Shown piece after piece: positions 12,788 through 22,474 of a DNA stretch of 64,000 bases (its first letter is position 1; every line of letters starts with the position of its first letter). The position numbers and the translations under genes are program-made. The notes below the pieces were generated by a model. The model made no database searches and was not told the origin of the DNA. It worked only from the letters and a program-made list of their open reading frames with translations. Source of the DNA: an uncultured delta proteobacterium (GTDB lineage Bacteria > Myxococcota_A > UBA9160 > UBA4427); the NCBI GenBank assembly GCA_963822965.1, contig CAWGJT010000005.1, forward strand, positions 32,001 to 96,000, in the 5' to 3' direction.

Positions 12788-14433
12788 TCACCGCCTCCGG
12801 AGCTTCTTGTGGGCGATGTAGTCGACCATCAGGAAGGAGCCGAGCTGGCTGGGGCTGGTGTAGAAGGCGCGCCCGCTGGTTGATCCGCGTCATCTGCTCG
12901 ACGAAGCCCAGCAGCTCGGGCGCGTCGTCGAGCATGAAGGTGTTGATCGTGATCCCCTGCCGCGTGACGCGCCGCACCTGCTTCAGGGTCTGCAGCGACG
13001 GCGTGGGGAGAGATGCCGCCGAACCCCGAGGGCCACTCGACGCGCAGCTGCTCGCCGGCTTCGTCGGCTCGTAGTAGGCGGTGGGCTGCCCGTCGGTGAT
13101 CACGATGATCTGGGGCGACGAGCACGGAAACTGCCGGATCATGCGCTCGGCGATGCGCAGCCCGTCCTGCAGGTTCGTGAACGGGTCCGACACGTCCCAG
13201 CTCACCTCGGGCAGCTCTCGGATCGCGATCTCGCGCGCCTGGGTCGAGAAGCCGACCACCCCGAAGTGGTCGCGCGGAAAGCTCGAGCGGATGAGCTGGT
13301 CCATCGCCAGCGCCACGCGCTTGGCGGCGGGGAAGCGGCCCGCCCACGACATCGACCAGCTCATGTCGAGCAGCAGGATCGTCGTGGTCTGGGTCGTGTA
13401 GTCCATCTCGCGGATCTCGAAGTCCTCGACCTCGAGGCGGATCGGCAGCTCGCCCGAACCGAGGCCCTGCGCCGTGCGGCGCGCGACGCCGTTCATCACC
13501 GTCCGCACGATGTCGAGATCGAGGTCGTCGCCGAACGCCCAGGGACGCGTCTCGTCGGGACGCGGCAGGCCGACGCCCGCGCGACTGGGTCTCGTGCTGT
13601 CCGGCGAGCCCCTTGCGCAGCGCGCGTGTACACGTCCGCCAGCGCGTTGGCGCCGATGGCCGGATCGCGCGCGGGGTGAGCTCCGGATCGCCGCCGCCGC
13701 GCAGGTAGCCCGCCTTCTCCAGCTCGGACTCGAGGTCGCGCAGCATGACGAGGGACTGGGCGGCCGGGTCGTCCCAGCAGCTCGCGCAGCTCGTCGGGCG
13801 AGATCGGCTCGAAGTTGCCCTCCTGGAGGTTGCGGGCGAGCTGCTCGAGCGCCTCGATCCGCTCGCGCAGCTCCTGGGCCGTCTCGTAGTCCGCGGACTC
13901 GCTGCCGTGGAAGCGGTCGCCCCGCTGCCGCAGGAACTCCTCGAGCGGCCGCAGGCGATCGAGCTCGTCCAGCAGCTCGCGGAACTCGTCCCCGGCCTGC
14001 TCGTCCTCGAAGGCGTGGTCGCGCATGCGCTCGATGCGCTCCGAGAGCGCTCGCTGCCCTCGGCGTGCCGCCGCTCGAGGAACTCGTTCATGCGCGACGA
14101 CTCGAAGCCGTGCTGCTCCCGCAGCGCCTCCTGCTCGCGGTCGAGGATCTCGTCGAGCCGCCGCTGCATCTCGGACGTGGCCTGGCTCACGTCGAACTGC
14201 CGGTAGAGGGAGTCGACCTGGTCGCGCAGCTCGCGGATGAGCTCCTGCCGCGCCCATCACGCGCATGTTCATGCCCGCCATCGGGAAGCCGTGCTCGCGC
14301 ATCCACTCGAGGGCCTCGCGGGCGTCGAGCCCTTCCATCATCAGGTCGGAGAGCGTGCTCGAGGGCGCTGGCCACGTCCATGCGTGAACGCCGTCTGGCG
14401 GCCGTCCCAGCGGCTGTAGCGGTAGGCCTTCAT
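12788..14433 (-). CDS. VWA-domain protein, partner of the upstream AAA+ ATPase (frameshifted)
   Basis: Starts [16 protein letters not shown] motif LLDMSWSM; TNLQDGL; IIVITDGQPT; ATG overlaps the stop of the ATPase gene. Confidence 0.85.
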
Positions 14434-15855
14434 GCCCTCTCGTAGCGGACGCCGGCCGCGGTGCGCGTCCTTGTTCAGACGGTTCGCGAGATGCAGCCCC
14501 TCCAGCAGGAACTCGATCGCCGCCGCCATGCGACGCGGGCGAGGCTCCCGCCGGCCAGGCGCAGGGCGCGCCGTCGCGCAGGCCGTCGATCTCGTCGAGC
14601 CCCACGAGGTACTCGGCCGACGGCATCTCCGCCGAGACCTCCACCTGCCAGCCCGCGTCGAAGGCCTTCACCACGGACTCGAGCTCTTCCAGGCGCCACG
14701 CGCTCGTCGAACACCACGTGGACGGCGCGCCGCGCCATGCCCTCCAGCAGCTCGCCCTCGCTGCGCTCGCACGCCGGCGTACTCGAGCTCGAGCTTGCCG
14801 GTGGTCGAGGCCAGCAGCGCTTCCAGGTCCGAGATGCGCGGCACCGCCTCGGCCTCGCCCCGGCGCAGCGCGCGGCGCACGGCGCTGGCCACCAGCGTCT
14901 CGTAGTTCGCGATGCTCATGCGCACCGACACGCCGGAGCTCTGGCTCACGTCGGGGCTGCTGCGCGCCTGGAACGTGATCTCGCCCACGATCTGCTCCAT
15001 GTAGTCCGGCACGACGACCTCGACGCCGTCCGCCGCGGGCGAGCTCCGCCTCCTGCCGCACGATCGCGAGCTCGGTCTCGCGGTCCCGCGGGATAGTGGG
15101 TGCGGATCTGCGCCGCGTAGCGGTCCTTCAGCGGCGTGATGATGCGACCGCGGCTGGTGTAGTCCTCGGGGTTCGCGCTGGCGACCACCAGCACGTCGAG
15201 GGGCAGGCGCACCCGGTAGCCCTTCACCTGGACGTCGCGCTCCTCCATCACGTTGAACAGCCCCACCTGCACCTTCTCCGTCAGGTCGGGCAGCTCGTTG
15301 ATGCAGAAGATGCCGCGGTTGCTGCGCGGCAGCAGGCCGAAGTGGATGGTGTACTCGTCGGCCAGGTGGCGGCCCTCGGCGACCTTGATGGGATCGACGT
15401 CGCCGATCAGGTCGGCGATGGAGACGTCCGGGGTGGCGAGCTTCTCGACGTAGCGGTCGTCCCGGTGCAGCCAGGCGATCGCGCGTGGCGTCGCCCTGCT
15501 CGGCGACCTGCTGCGCGCGCGAAGGCCGAGACCGGCGCCAGGGGATCGTCGTGGATCTCGCTGCCGGCGACCATCGGGCACCCACTCGTCGAGCAGGCCC
15601 ACGCAGCGAGCGGATCATGCGCGTCTTCGCCTGGCCCCGCTCGCCGAGGAAGATCATGTCGTGGCCCGAGAGCAGCGCGTTCTCGACGGCGGGGACCACG
15701 GTGTCGTCGTAGCCGCGGATCTTCGTGAAGAGGGGGAGGCCCTCCCGCAGGTGCCGACGCAGATTCGCCTGGATCTCCTCGCGCAGGCTGCGCAGGCCGT
15801 ATCCGGCCGCGCGCAGTTCGCCGAGCGTCCGCGCGGCCGGGGGAGCAGTGGGCAT
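14430..15855 (-). CDS. Mg-chelatase-subunit-I-like AAA+ ATPase (frameshifted)
   Basis: Walker [62 protein letters not shown]. Confidence 0.9.
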
Positions 15856-15870
15856 GGAGCCTCCGAAGGG

Positions 15871-17138
15871 TCAGGGTTCGACCCCAGGGTAGACCGTCCC
15901 CGGCGCCTTACCAGAACCCCGGCAGGCCGCGGCGCGCTTCAGGCCGGGCTCGGCGCCCTCGACCTGCCCGTGCCGGCGCAGCGTCTCGATCACGTGGCGG
16001 ATGATCAGCAGCACCGAGCCGTCGATCGTCACGTTGTCGACGATCGGAACGTCGAAGCGATCGGCCAGGTCGAGGAACTCGTCCTGGATCTTGAGGATCG
16101 CATCGAGGTTCCGCACGTAGCGGTCGCCCGCCGCGGCGCTTCTGCTCGCGGCTGCGCGAGATGAAGTGGCTGCGGAAGGCGTCTTCGTCGAGCCGCGCCA
16201 CCACCAGGAAGATCACGTGGGCGACGTCCTTGTAGGCGGACAGGTCGATGAGCCCCGGCACGAGGCTCACGCCGTCGAGGATCAGGCTCTCGCTCTCGTC
16301 GATCGCGCGGTCGATCATGGCGCGGATGCCCACCGAGACCACCGACGCCTGGGCGTGGAAGCCCGTCGATCACCCGGTCCTCTCCCGACTCCTGCACGGT
16401 GTGCGGGTGGGCCTCGAACGACGAGGCGTGAATGGCCGGGACCAGGTCCCGGGTCAGGGTGATGCGCAGGATCTGGCGGATCGAGTCGGTGGAGACCACC
16501 CGGCGGATGCCGAGCCGCTGGGCCACCTCGAGGGCCAGGGTCGTCTTGCCGCAGCCGGTGGTGCCCCCGAGCAGCAGGATCACCGGCTTCTCGGGCTCCT
16601 GGTGGCGGCGCCAGATGAGGTAGCGCTCGGCGGTCTGCTGGCCGAAGCGGTTCAGCAGGGCTTCGTAGGCGAGCCCGCGCAGCACACTCCGGGCGACCTG
16701 ATGGCTGCCGCGCCGCAGCAGCGACTGCTCGATCTCCTCGGCCACGTCGAAGGCGTCGTTGGGGTCGATGGACGCCGCCAGCAACGACTGGGAGAGGGTG
16801 CCCTTCGAGAAGGGAGCGGGGGCGCGACGATCGTTCGTGACCAGGATGCGACCGGGATGCGGAGGCAGCGGAGGCTGGTGCTCGCGCAGGGCCTCGTCGC
16901 CCAGGATCTCGCGGACGATCTTCGCGAGCTCCTGGCGCTCGACCACGCCCCGGCCGATGACGCGCTTGCGGACGTCCTCGGCGGTCTCGAGGGCCGCCTC
17001 GAAGTCGATTCCCCGCGCCATCAGCGAGTGCACCATGATGCCGCGCATGAAGGGACGTCGACCGGCGGCGTCCTCCACGGACACCCGGCCCTCGTCGGAA
17101 GGTCCCCGCTCCTCTTGCTGTCTTCGTGATTTCGTCAC
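15871..17138 (-). CDS. 2-phosphoglycerate kinase-like P-loop kinase with two N-terminal ATP-cone repeats (frameshifts near 16365 and 16125)
   Basis: Two cone starts (PFMRGIMVHSL, PFSKGTLSQSL); ILLLGGTTGCGKTT; STDSIRQILR; IHASSF; LILDGVSLVPG; ILKIQDEFL. The 3' end is uncertain (15871 or about 15939). Confidence 0.8.
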
Positions 17139-17539
17139 CGGTTCGTCAGCCTATCTCAATCCGGGCCTGGTCCGAGCGCCGCCCTTGTAGTCCCCGCGGG
17201 CGAAACGTTCTGTGGCGGCTTCGCGTCCCCCCCGGCCGGAGAGTGGAGGGACCGGCTGCATGTGGCAAGACGACCCCTCGTGTCGCAACCGGAACAATCT
17301 ATGGCGATTTTGCTTGACTTTCACCGCCGTTCGCAGTTTCCTGCCCGTACTGCACGACGCCCTGCGGGCGCCCCCTGCCCACCCGGTCGTGCCCGGTTCC
17401 GACGCGAGCCCGAGACCGCCAGACACAGTCAGACACCGCCCCCAGGGAGAAGGCCAGAGAGAAGGCCGCAAGCGGCCCGAGAAGCGCCAGAGGACCCGCA
17501 GGCCGCAGCCGGCCTGCACGGAGAGCGCGAGGAGCGTCG

Positions 17540-18055
17540 ATGAATCACACCGCCTCGGACTTCTACCGCACTCGCGACGTCGTCGACATTCTGGGAATCT
17601 CGCGGCGGCAGCTCCAGTACTGGGCGCAGACCGATCTCGTCTCTCCGTCGGCCACCACGCCCGGTGGACACCGCCGTTACAGCTTCGGCGACCTCGTGGC
17701 ACTGAAGGCCACCAAGCGGCTGATCGACGCCGGTGTCTCCGTCCAGCGAATTCGCACGAGCATCCAGGCGCTGCGCCGCACCCTGCCGGACGTCGCACGA
17801 CCGCTGTCGGAGCTCGTGCTCGTCGCCACCGGCGACGTGGTGCTCGTATTCCGCGAAGGGTCCGCCTTCGAGGCCGTCTCCGGTCAGGAGTGGGTCTTCG
17901 AGGTGGCCCACTTCGAGCGAGAGGTCCGCGCCTGGAGGCGCGCGCTCGGGGAACGGTCCCCCCGCGCGGCCCGATCGGTCATGCGGCGTGCCGGAGCCGC
18001 CCGGGGCGGGACCCAGCAGGACGGAAGCAGGCGTGAGCTGAGCGAGACGGGCTGA
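17540..18055 (+). CDS. MerR-family HTH transcriptional regulator
   Basis: YRTRDVVDILGISRRQLQYW...HRRYSFGDL...KRLIDAGVSVQRIR; AGGAG Shine-Dalgarno upstream. Confidence 0.9.
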   Translation: MNHTASDFYRTRDVVDILGISRRQLQYWAQTDLVSPSATTPGGHRRYSFGDLVALKATKRLIDAGVSVQRIRTSIQALRRTLPDVARPLSELVLVATGDVVLVFREGSAFEAVSGQEWVFEVAHFEREVRAWRRALGERSPRAARSVMRRAGAARGGTQQDGSRRELSETG

Positions 18056-18096
18056 ACGAGTCTCGCGGCAAGACGGCAGAAACGGGGGGATCTGCC

Positions 18097-19199
18097 ATGC
18101 GAATCATCGCCATCGTCAATCAGAAGGGCGGCTGCGGAAAGACGACCACTACGGTGAATCTCGCCGGGGCTCTCGAGGCGGACGGCGCCCGGGTGCTCGT
18201 CGTGGATCTCGACCCCCAGGCCCACGCCACCCTGGCCCTCGGCATCGACCCCGACGAGCTCGACGAGAATCTCTACGAGGTGCTGGCCGAGCCCGGGGGC
18301 GAGGCGTCCCTCGCAGCCGTGCTCGTGAACGTCTCCGAACGGATCGATCTGGCGCCGTCGAGCATCGTGATGTCCGCGCTCGAGCAGAAGCTCGCCGCCG
18401 AGCGTCAGGACGCCCGCACCGAGCGGCTCAAGCTCGCGCTCGAAGGACTCGGTCCCGCCTACGACTACGTGCTGATCGATTGTCCGCCCAACGTGGGGCT
18501 GCTCACCTTCAATGCGCTGCGCGCCGCGGGCGAGGTGATCGTGCCGCTGGAAGCGAGCTTCTTCGCGATCGACGGCGTACAGAAGCTGCTGGAAACCATC
18601 GGCCTGCTGTCGGATCGCATCGGCCACCATCTCGAGGTGCGCATCCTGCCCACGCTGTACGACGGTCGCACGCGCTACGCGCGCCAGACCCTGGCCGACA
18701 TCCGCGAGCTCTTCAAGGACCTGTGCTTCGACACGGTGATCCGCCAGAACGTGAAGCTGCGGGAGACGGCTCGCGACAGGGCGTGCCGATCTCGCGCTAT
18801 GCGCCGAGCGCCAACGGCGCGCTGGACTACGCGGCGGTCGCCATCGAGATCGAGGCGTCCCCGCCCACGGCCGACCTGCGGCTTCCCGCGGCGCCGGACC
18901 CGCTGCCGGAGCCCCTGCCGGAGCTGCCGATCCGCGAGGTGATGGTCCGCTTCGCCGACGCCCAGGCGGGCGACGTCCGCATCGCCGGGGACTTCAACGG
19001 CTGGGTTCCCGACAAGGGCGTGCGTTCGGTGATCGAGGCGGAGGACGGCTCGCGGGTGTGGACCAAGATCCTCCGCCTGCCGCCCGGCACCTACCAGTAC
19101 CGCTACGTGGTCGACGGGGAGTGGCGCGAGGATCCCACGAATGCGAACACCGCCGGCGGCGAGACCGGACCGACGAACTCGGTGCTGATCGTCCGCTGA
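18097..19199 (+). CDS. ParA/Soj-family ATPase fused to a C-terminal CBM48 (AMPK-beta-like glycogen-binding) domain (one frameshift near 18775)
   Basis: NQKGGCGKTT, DLDPQ, IDCPP; C-terminal VRIAGDFNGW...W...LPPGTYQYRYVVDGEW..DP.N...NSVL. Confidence 0.9.
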
Positions 19200-19298
19200 G
19201 GCCGGGGGACGCCGGGCGGCAGCCCACGCCCGGGAAGATCGCGCGAAGCGGCCGGAGACACGCTGGAAAAGTCGTCGCATCGGGGCTAGCACTAGGCC

Positions 19299-20118
19299 AT
19301 GCCCCGAGACCTGGCGGACGTGCTCCATCACCTGATCCCGGAGTCCGGGCCGCCCGGCGATTCCCCGGTGCAGCCCCGCCCGCAGGCTCCCGTCGCCCCT
19401 TCCCGGCCGGCCGCGTTCTGCCAGCCCTACGCCGGACGGCTCATCGCGGTTCCCATCGGCGAGCGCGACGTGGTGCGCGCCGCCTTCGTGTGGAATCTCG
19501 CCGTCGAGGCGGCCCGCCTGGGCGGCAGCGCCACCATCGTGGCGCCGGGCCAGGACTCGGGCAGCTCGCTCTGGCCCGAGGAGTCGATTCGACCCATGGG
19601 CTCCGAGGTGGTGCTGACCCCCGCCACGAACCTCGGCGAGCTCCACCGGGAAGCCCTGCAGATCGCCACGGTGCGGGCGAGCATGGGTCCGACGCCGGGG
19701 CTGATCTTCGTGCGGGTCCCCCCGCTGTGGCTGCGCGAGCCCGGAGCGGGCGCGGGGCTCCTCGCCTGGACGCTGCTCCTCACCTCGTCGGAGGGCCGCG
19801 ACCTGCTCGAGTGCTACGGCCTCACCCGGCTCGTCGAGAGTGTCCTGCCCGGCGCCCGGGTGGGCATCACGGTTCACGGCACGCGGCGCCAGGGCGAGGC
19901 CCAGGCGGCCTTCGCCCGCCTCGCCGAGGTGGTGTCCACGGCGCCTGGGCCGTCCGGTCAGGAGCTACGGCCTGCTCGTCGACGACCTCCACGTGTATCG
20001 AGCCATCGTCGACCAGCGTCCAATCGGCATGGTGCAGCCCCAGTCACCCGCCGCCCGGTCCCTGCGCGCCGTCGCCGAGATGCTGCTCGAGGACGCCCGG
20101 AAGCCCCTGGATGTCTGA
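19299..20118 (+). CDS. Degenerate MinD/FlhG-like protein lacking the P-loop (frameshift near 19940)
   Basis: RLIAVPIGERDVVRAAFVWNLAVEAARLG matches the MinD/FlhG strand-loop-helix without GKGGVGKT; the C-terminus DDLHVYRAIVDQRPIGMVQPQSPAARSLRAVAEML is FlhG-like. Confidence 0.65.
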
Positions 20119-20701
20119 GCCCGGCCCGTCGCTCGGCGTGGCCGGCCCCCTGTCCCGGGACGCGATCCGGGACGCCGTCCGCCGGGCCAGCCCGTTCGAG
20201 CCGCCCATCCGCATCCTGGCGGAGGACGTGCTGGGCGCCGATTCGCGCATCGACTTCGTCGCCGTCGATCCCTCCGGGCGGATCGTCCTGGTGCTGATCG
20301 GCGACGAAGGGGAGGACGGCGGGCTCCTCACCCGGGGACTGGCGCAGCGGGCCTGGGTCCGACCGCGGCTGGCGGATTGGCTCAAGCTGGGTCCCCAGCT
20401 CGAGATCCAGGCGCAGGCGCCCGTGCAGGTCGCCCTGCTGTGCCCGTCGTTCTCGCCCGAGACCCGCGCCGCCGCCGAGGACCTGGGAGCCGAGATCCTC
20501 CAGCTCTACAGCTGCAGGAGCATTCGCCACGACGGCGGCGCGCTGGCGCTGGTCGAGCGCATCTCGCCCCCTGTGGCGGCACCGTTCGTCGCGAGCGCTC
20601 CGTTCGAGGCCCCACGGCCCGCCCCCGCGTCGCGCTTCCGCAGCGGCCTCAGCGAGGAAGATCTCGGGCTCACGCCCGACGAGATCCGCGACTTCGAGTA
20701 G
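20111..20701 (+). CDS. Hypothetical protein with a degenerate NucS-like PD-(D/E)xK fold
   Basis: RIDFVAVDPSGRIVLVLI...AWV...VALLCPSFSPETRAAA pattern; ATG overlaps the upstream stop. Confidence 0.6.
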   Translation: MSEPGPSLGVAGPLSRDAIRDAVRRASPFEPPIRILAEDVLGADSRIDFVAVDPSGRIVLVLIGDEGEDGGLLTRGLAQRAWVRPRLADWLKLGPQLEIQAQAPVQVALLCPSFSPETRAAAEDLGAEILQLYSCRSIRHDGGALALVERISPPVAAPFVASAPFEAPRPAPASRFRSGLSEEDLGLTPDEIRDFE

Positions 20702-20828
20702 CGCCGTCCGAGCGCCGGGACGCCCCGGCCGTCCCGTGCAGCCGAATCCGGTCGATTCGTCGGCGACTTACCGGTGCGAGCTGCCGGTCCTCGCGACGCC
20801 CGCCGGCTTGCTGCCGGTGCCGCGCTTC

Positions 20829-20851
20829 GTCACCGGTGACTTTTTTTGACA
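20829..20851 (+). promoter_or_regulatory. 12-bp palindrome next to a TTGACA hexamer upstream of the ECF sigma gene
   Basis: GTCACCGGTGAC (20829-20840), then a T-run, then TTGACA (20846-20851); no convincing -10 element. Confidence 0.35.
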
Positions 20852-20975
20852 CCTCGGACGTCCAGCGAGCCACTTCCAACTCGGGGGGGGTTCCGCGCCG
20901 GCAGCGGCGGAGCCGCGAGGCTGGACCTGGGAAGCGCTGGCGAAGAAGCTGTGCGGAGCTGAAGGGGGTTTTGTT

Positions 20976-21542
20976 TTGGCGGCCGGGCACGGGGCACCGG
21001 TAGCGGAGTCGGACGACTCGCTGGTTCGGCGCGCACGAACGGGAGACGAGCGAGCCTTCGAGCAGCTCTACGAGCGCTTCTTCAAGCGCATCTACCGCTT
21101 CGTCGACAAGCGTCTCCGCAATACCGCAGATACCGAAGAAACGGTTCAGGAAGTCTTCATCAACGTCTTCAACTCCATCGACGGCTACCGCGGCGACGCG
21201 CCGTTCGCCGCCTGGGTCTTCGGGGTCACCCGACGCACCATCGCCGGCCGCTTCAAGCGCAAGCGCCATGTCACGGTTCCCCTCGGCGAGGACGAGCACG
21301 ACCGTGCGTCCGTCGGCGCCTTCGCCCAGGCATCCCCGCTCGAGCTCTACGAGTGCGAGGAGCTGCTCGCGCAGATCGAGGAGAAGCTGGCCGGCCGGAT
21401 CACGGACGAGCAGCGCGAGCTCTTCCACCTCCACCACCTCGAGGACCGACCGATCAGCGAGATCGCCCGGACGCTCAAGAAGAGCGAGAACGCGGTCAAA
21501 TCCAACCTGTACCGAACCCGGAAGGTGCTGCTGGCGAAATAG
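20976..21542 (+). CDS. ECF RNA polymerase sigma factor
   Basis: GDERAFEQLYER, DTEETVQEVF, FAAWVFGV and region 4 ISEIARTLKKSENAVKSNLYR. Confidence 0.93.
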   Translation: MAAGHGAPVAESDDSLVRRARTGDERAFEQLYERFFKRIYRFVDKRLRNTADTEETVQEVFINVFNSIDGYRGDAPFAAWVFGVTRRTIAGRFKRKRHVTVPLGEDEHDRASVGAFAQASPLELYECEELLAQIEEKLAGRITDEQRELFHLHHLEDRPISEIARTLKKSENAVKSNLYRTRKVLLAK

Positions 21543-21586
21543 CGGGGCCGAGTCCCGCTCGGGAATTCCAGGCTACGCTCGCCGCG

Positions 21587-22396
21587 ATGCACGAGCCGAT
21601 CTCGTTCGATCCGCCGCCCGCCGAGCTGCTCTCGATCCTCGAGTCCGCGACGCCCGGCGTCGCTCGCCCGGGCGCGAGCGCCCGGCGCCTGGAGTTCTCC
21701 TGTCGCGGCGACCGTGTGCGCCTCGACCTGGTGGCGCCCGGCACGTCCGGGCCGCATCCGACCCTGCTCGTGCAGCCCGCGCCCGGCGGGCCGAGAGGAC
21801 CCGAAGGCCTGGCGGGTGCGGACGCCTGGCTCGCCGCGGGGGTCGCGCTGGCCTCGGTCGACCTGCCCCTCTTCGGCGCCCGGCGCTCCGCGAAGCTCTC
21901 GCGCCAGCTCGAGGAGACGATCGCCGGCGCCGCCCGGGGAGAGCCCGTCGCCCGGGCCTCCCGATTGCTGTGGACGGAGTTCACACGCCAGGCGGTGATG
22001 GAGCTGCGCCGCACGCTGGACGTCCTCGAGCACGTCTGGGAGAGCCGGGACGCCCCCGTCGCCTACGCGGGGAGTGGCATCGCCGGCTCCCTCGGTGCCC
22101 TGCTGTGCGCGGTGGACGAACGGCCACGGGGCGCCGTCCTGCACCTCACCGGCGGCGGCTTCGGTCCAGAGGAGATCGACCCGGTGTTCCGGGTCGCCGC
22201 CATCGCACCCCGGCCGCTGCTCCTCGTGAACCGCGACGAGCACCCGGGCGAGCCCGGCGCGCCCGCCGTCCCGAGGAGCGCCGCGAAGGCGCTCGCCGAG
22301 GCGGCCGGCGAGAACGCCCGCGCGGAGTGGCAGAGCGGCCCCGACCCGGGCCTGCTGGAGATCGCCCGGGACTTCCTGTCCCCGCTGCTCTCGTAG
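21587..22396 (+). CDS. Alpha/beta-hydrolase-fold protein, apparently degenerate active site
   Basis: ASVDLPLFGAR, VMELRRTLDVL, VAYAGSGIAGSLG and IAPRPLLLVN follow the dienelactone-hydrolase-like topology. Confidence 0.6.
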   Translation: MHEPISFDPPPAELLSILESATPGVARPGASARRLEFSCRGDRVRLDLVAPGTSGPHPTLLVQPAPGGPRGPEGLAGADAWLAAGVALASVDLPLFGARRSAKLSRQLEETIAGAARGEPVARASRLLWTEFTRQAVMELRRTLDVLEHVWESRDAPVAYAGSGIAGSLGALLCAVDERPRGAVLHLTGGGFGPEEIDPVFRVAAIAPRPLLLVNRDEHPGEPGAPAVPRSAAKALAEAAGENARAEWQSGPDPGLLEIARDFLSPLLS

Positions 22397-22474
22397 CCGC
22401 CCGGCCAGGAGCGCAACCCGAGGCGAAGTCCCCGGTCGCGGTTCCACCGCAGACGAATCCTGCTGATTCGCCTG

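Noticed and set aside
17290..17320. Sigma54 promoter (TGGC...TTGC)
   Set aside because: The GG-N10-GC spacing is not met.
18760..18790. Programmed frameshift giving ParA with and without CBM48
   Set aside because: There is no slippery sequence, the shift falls inside the ParA fold, and indels are pervasive in this window.
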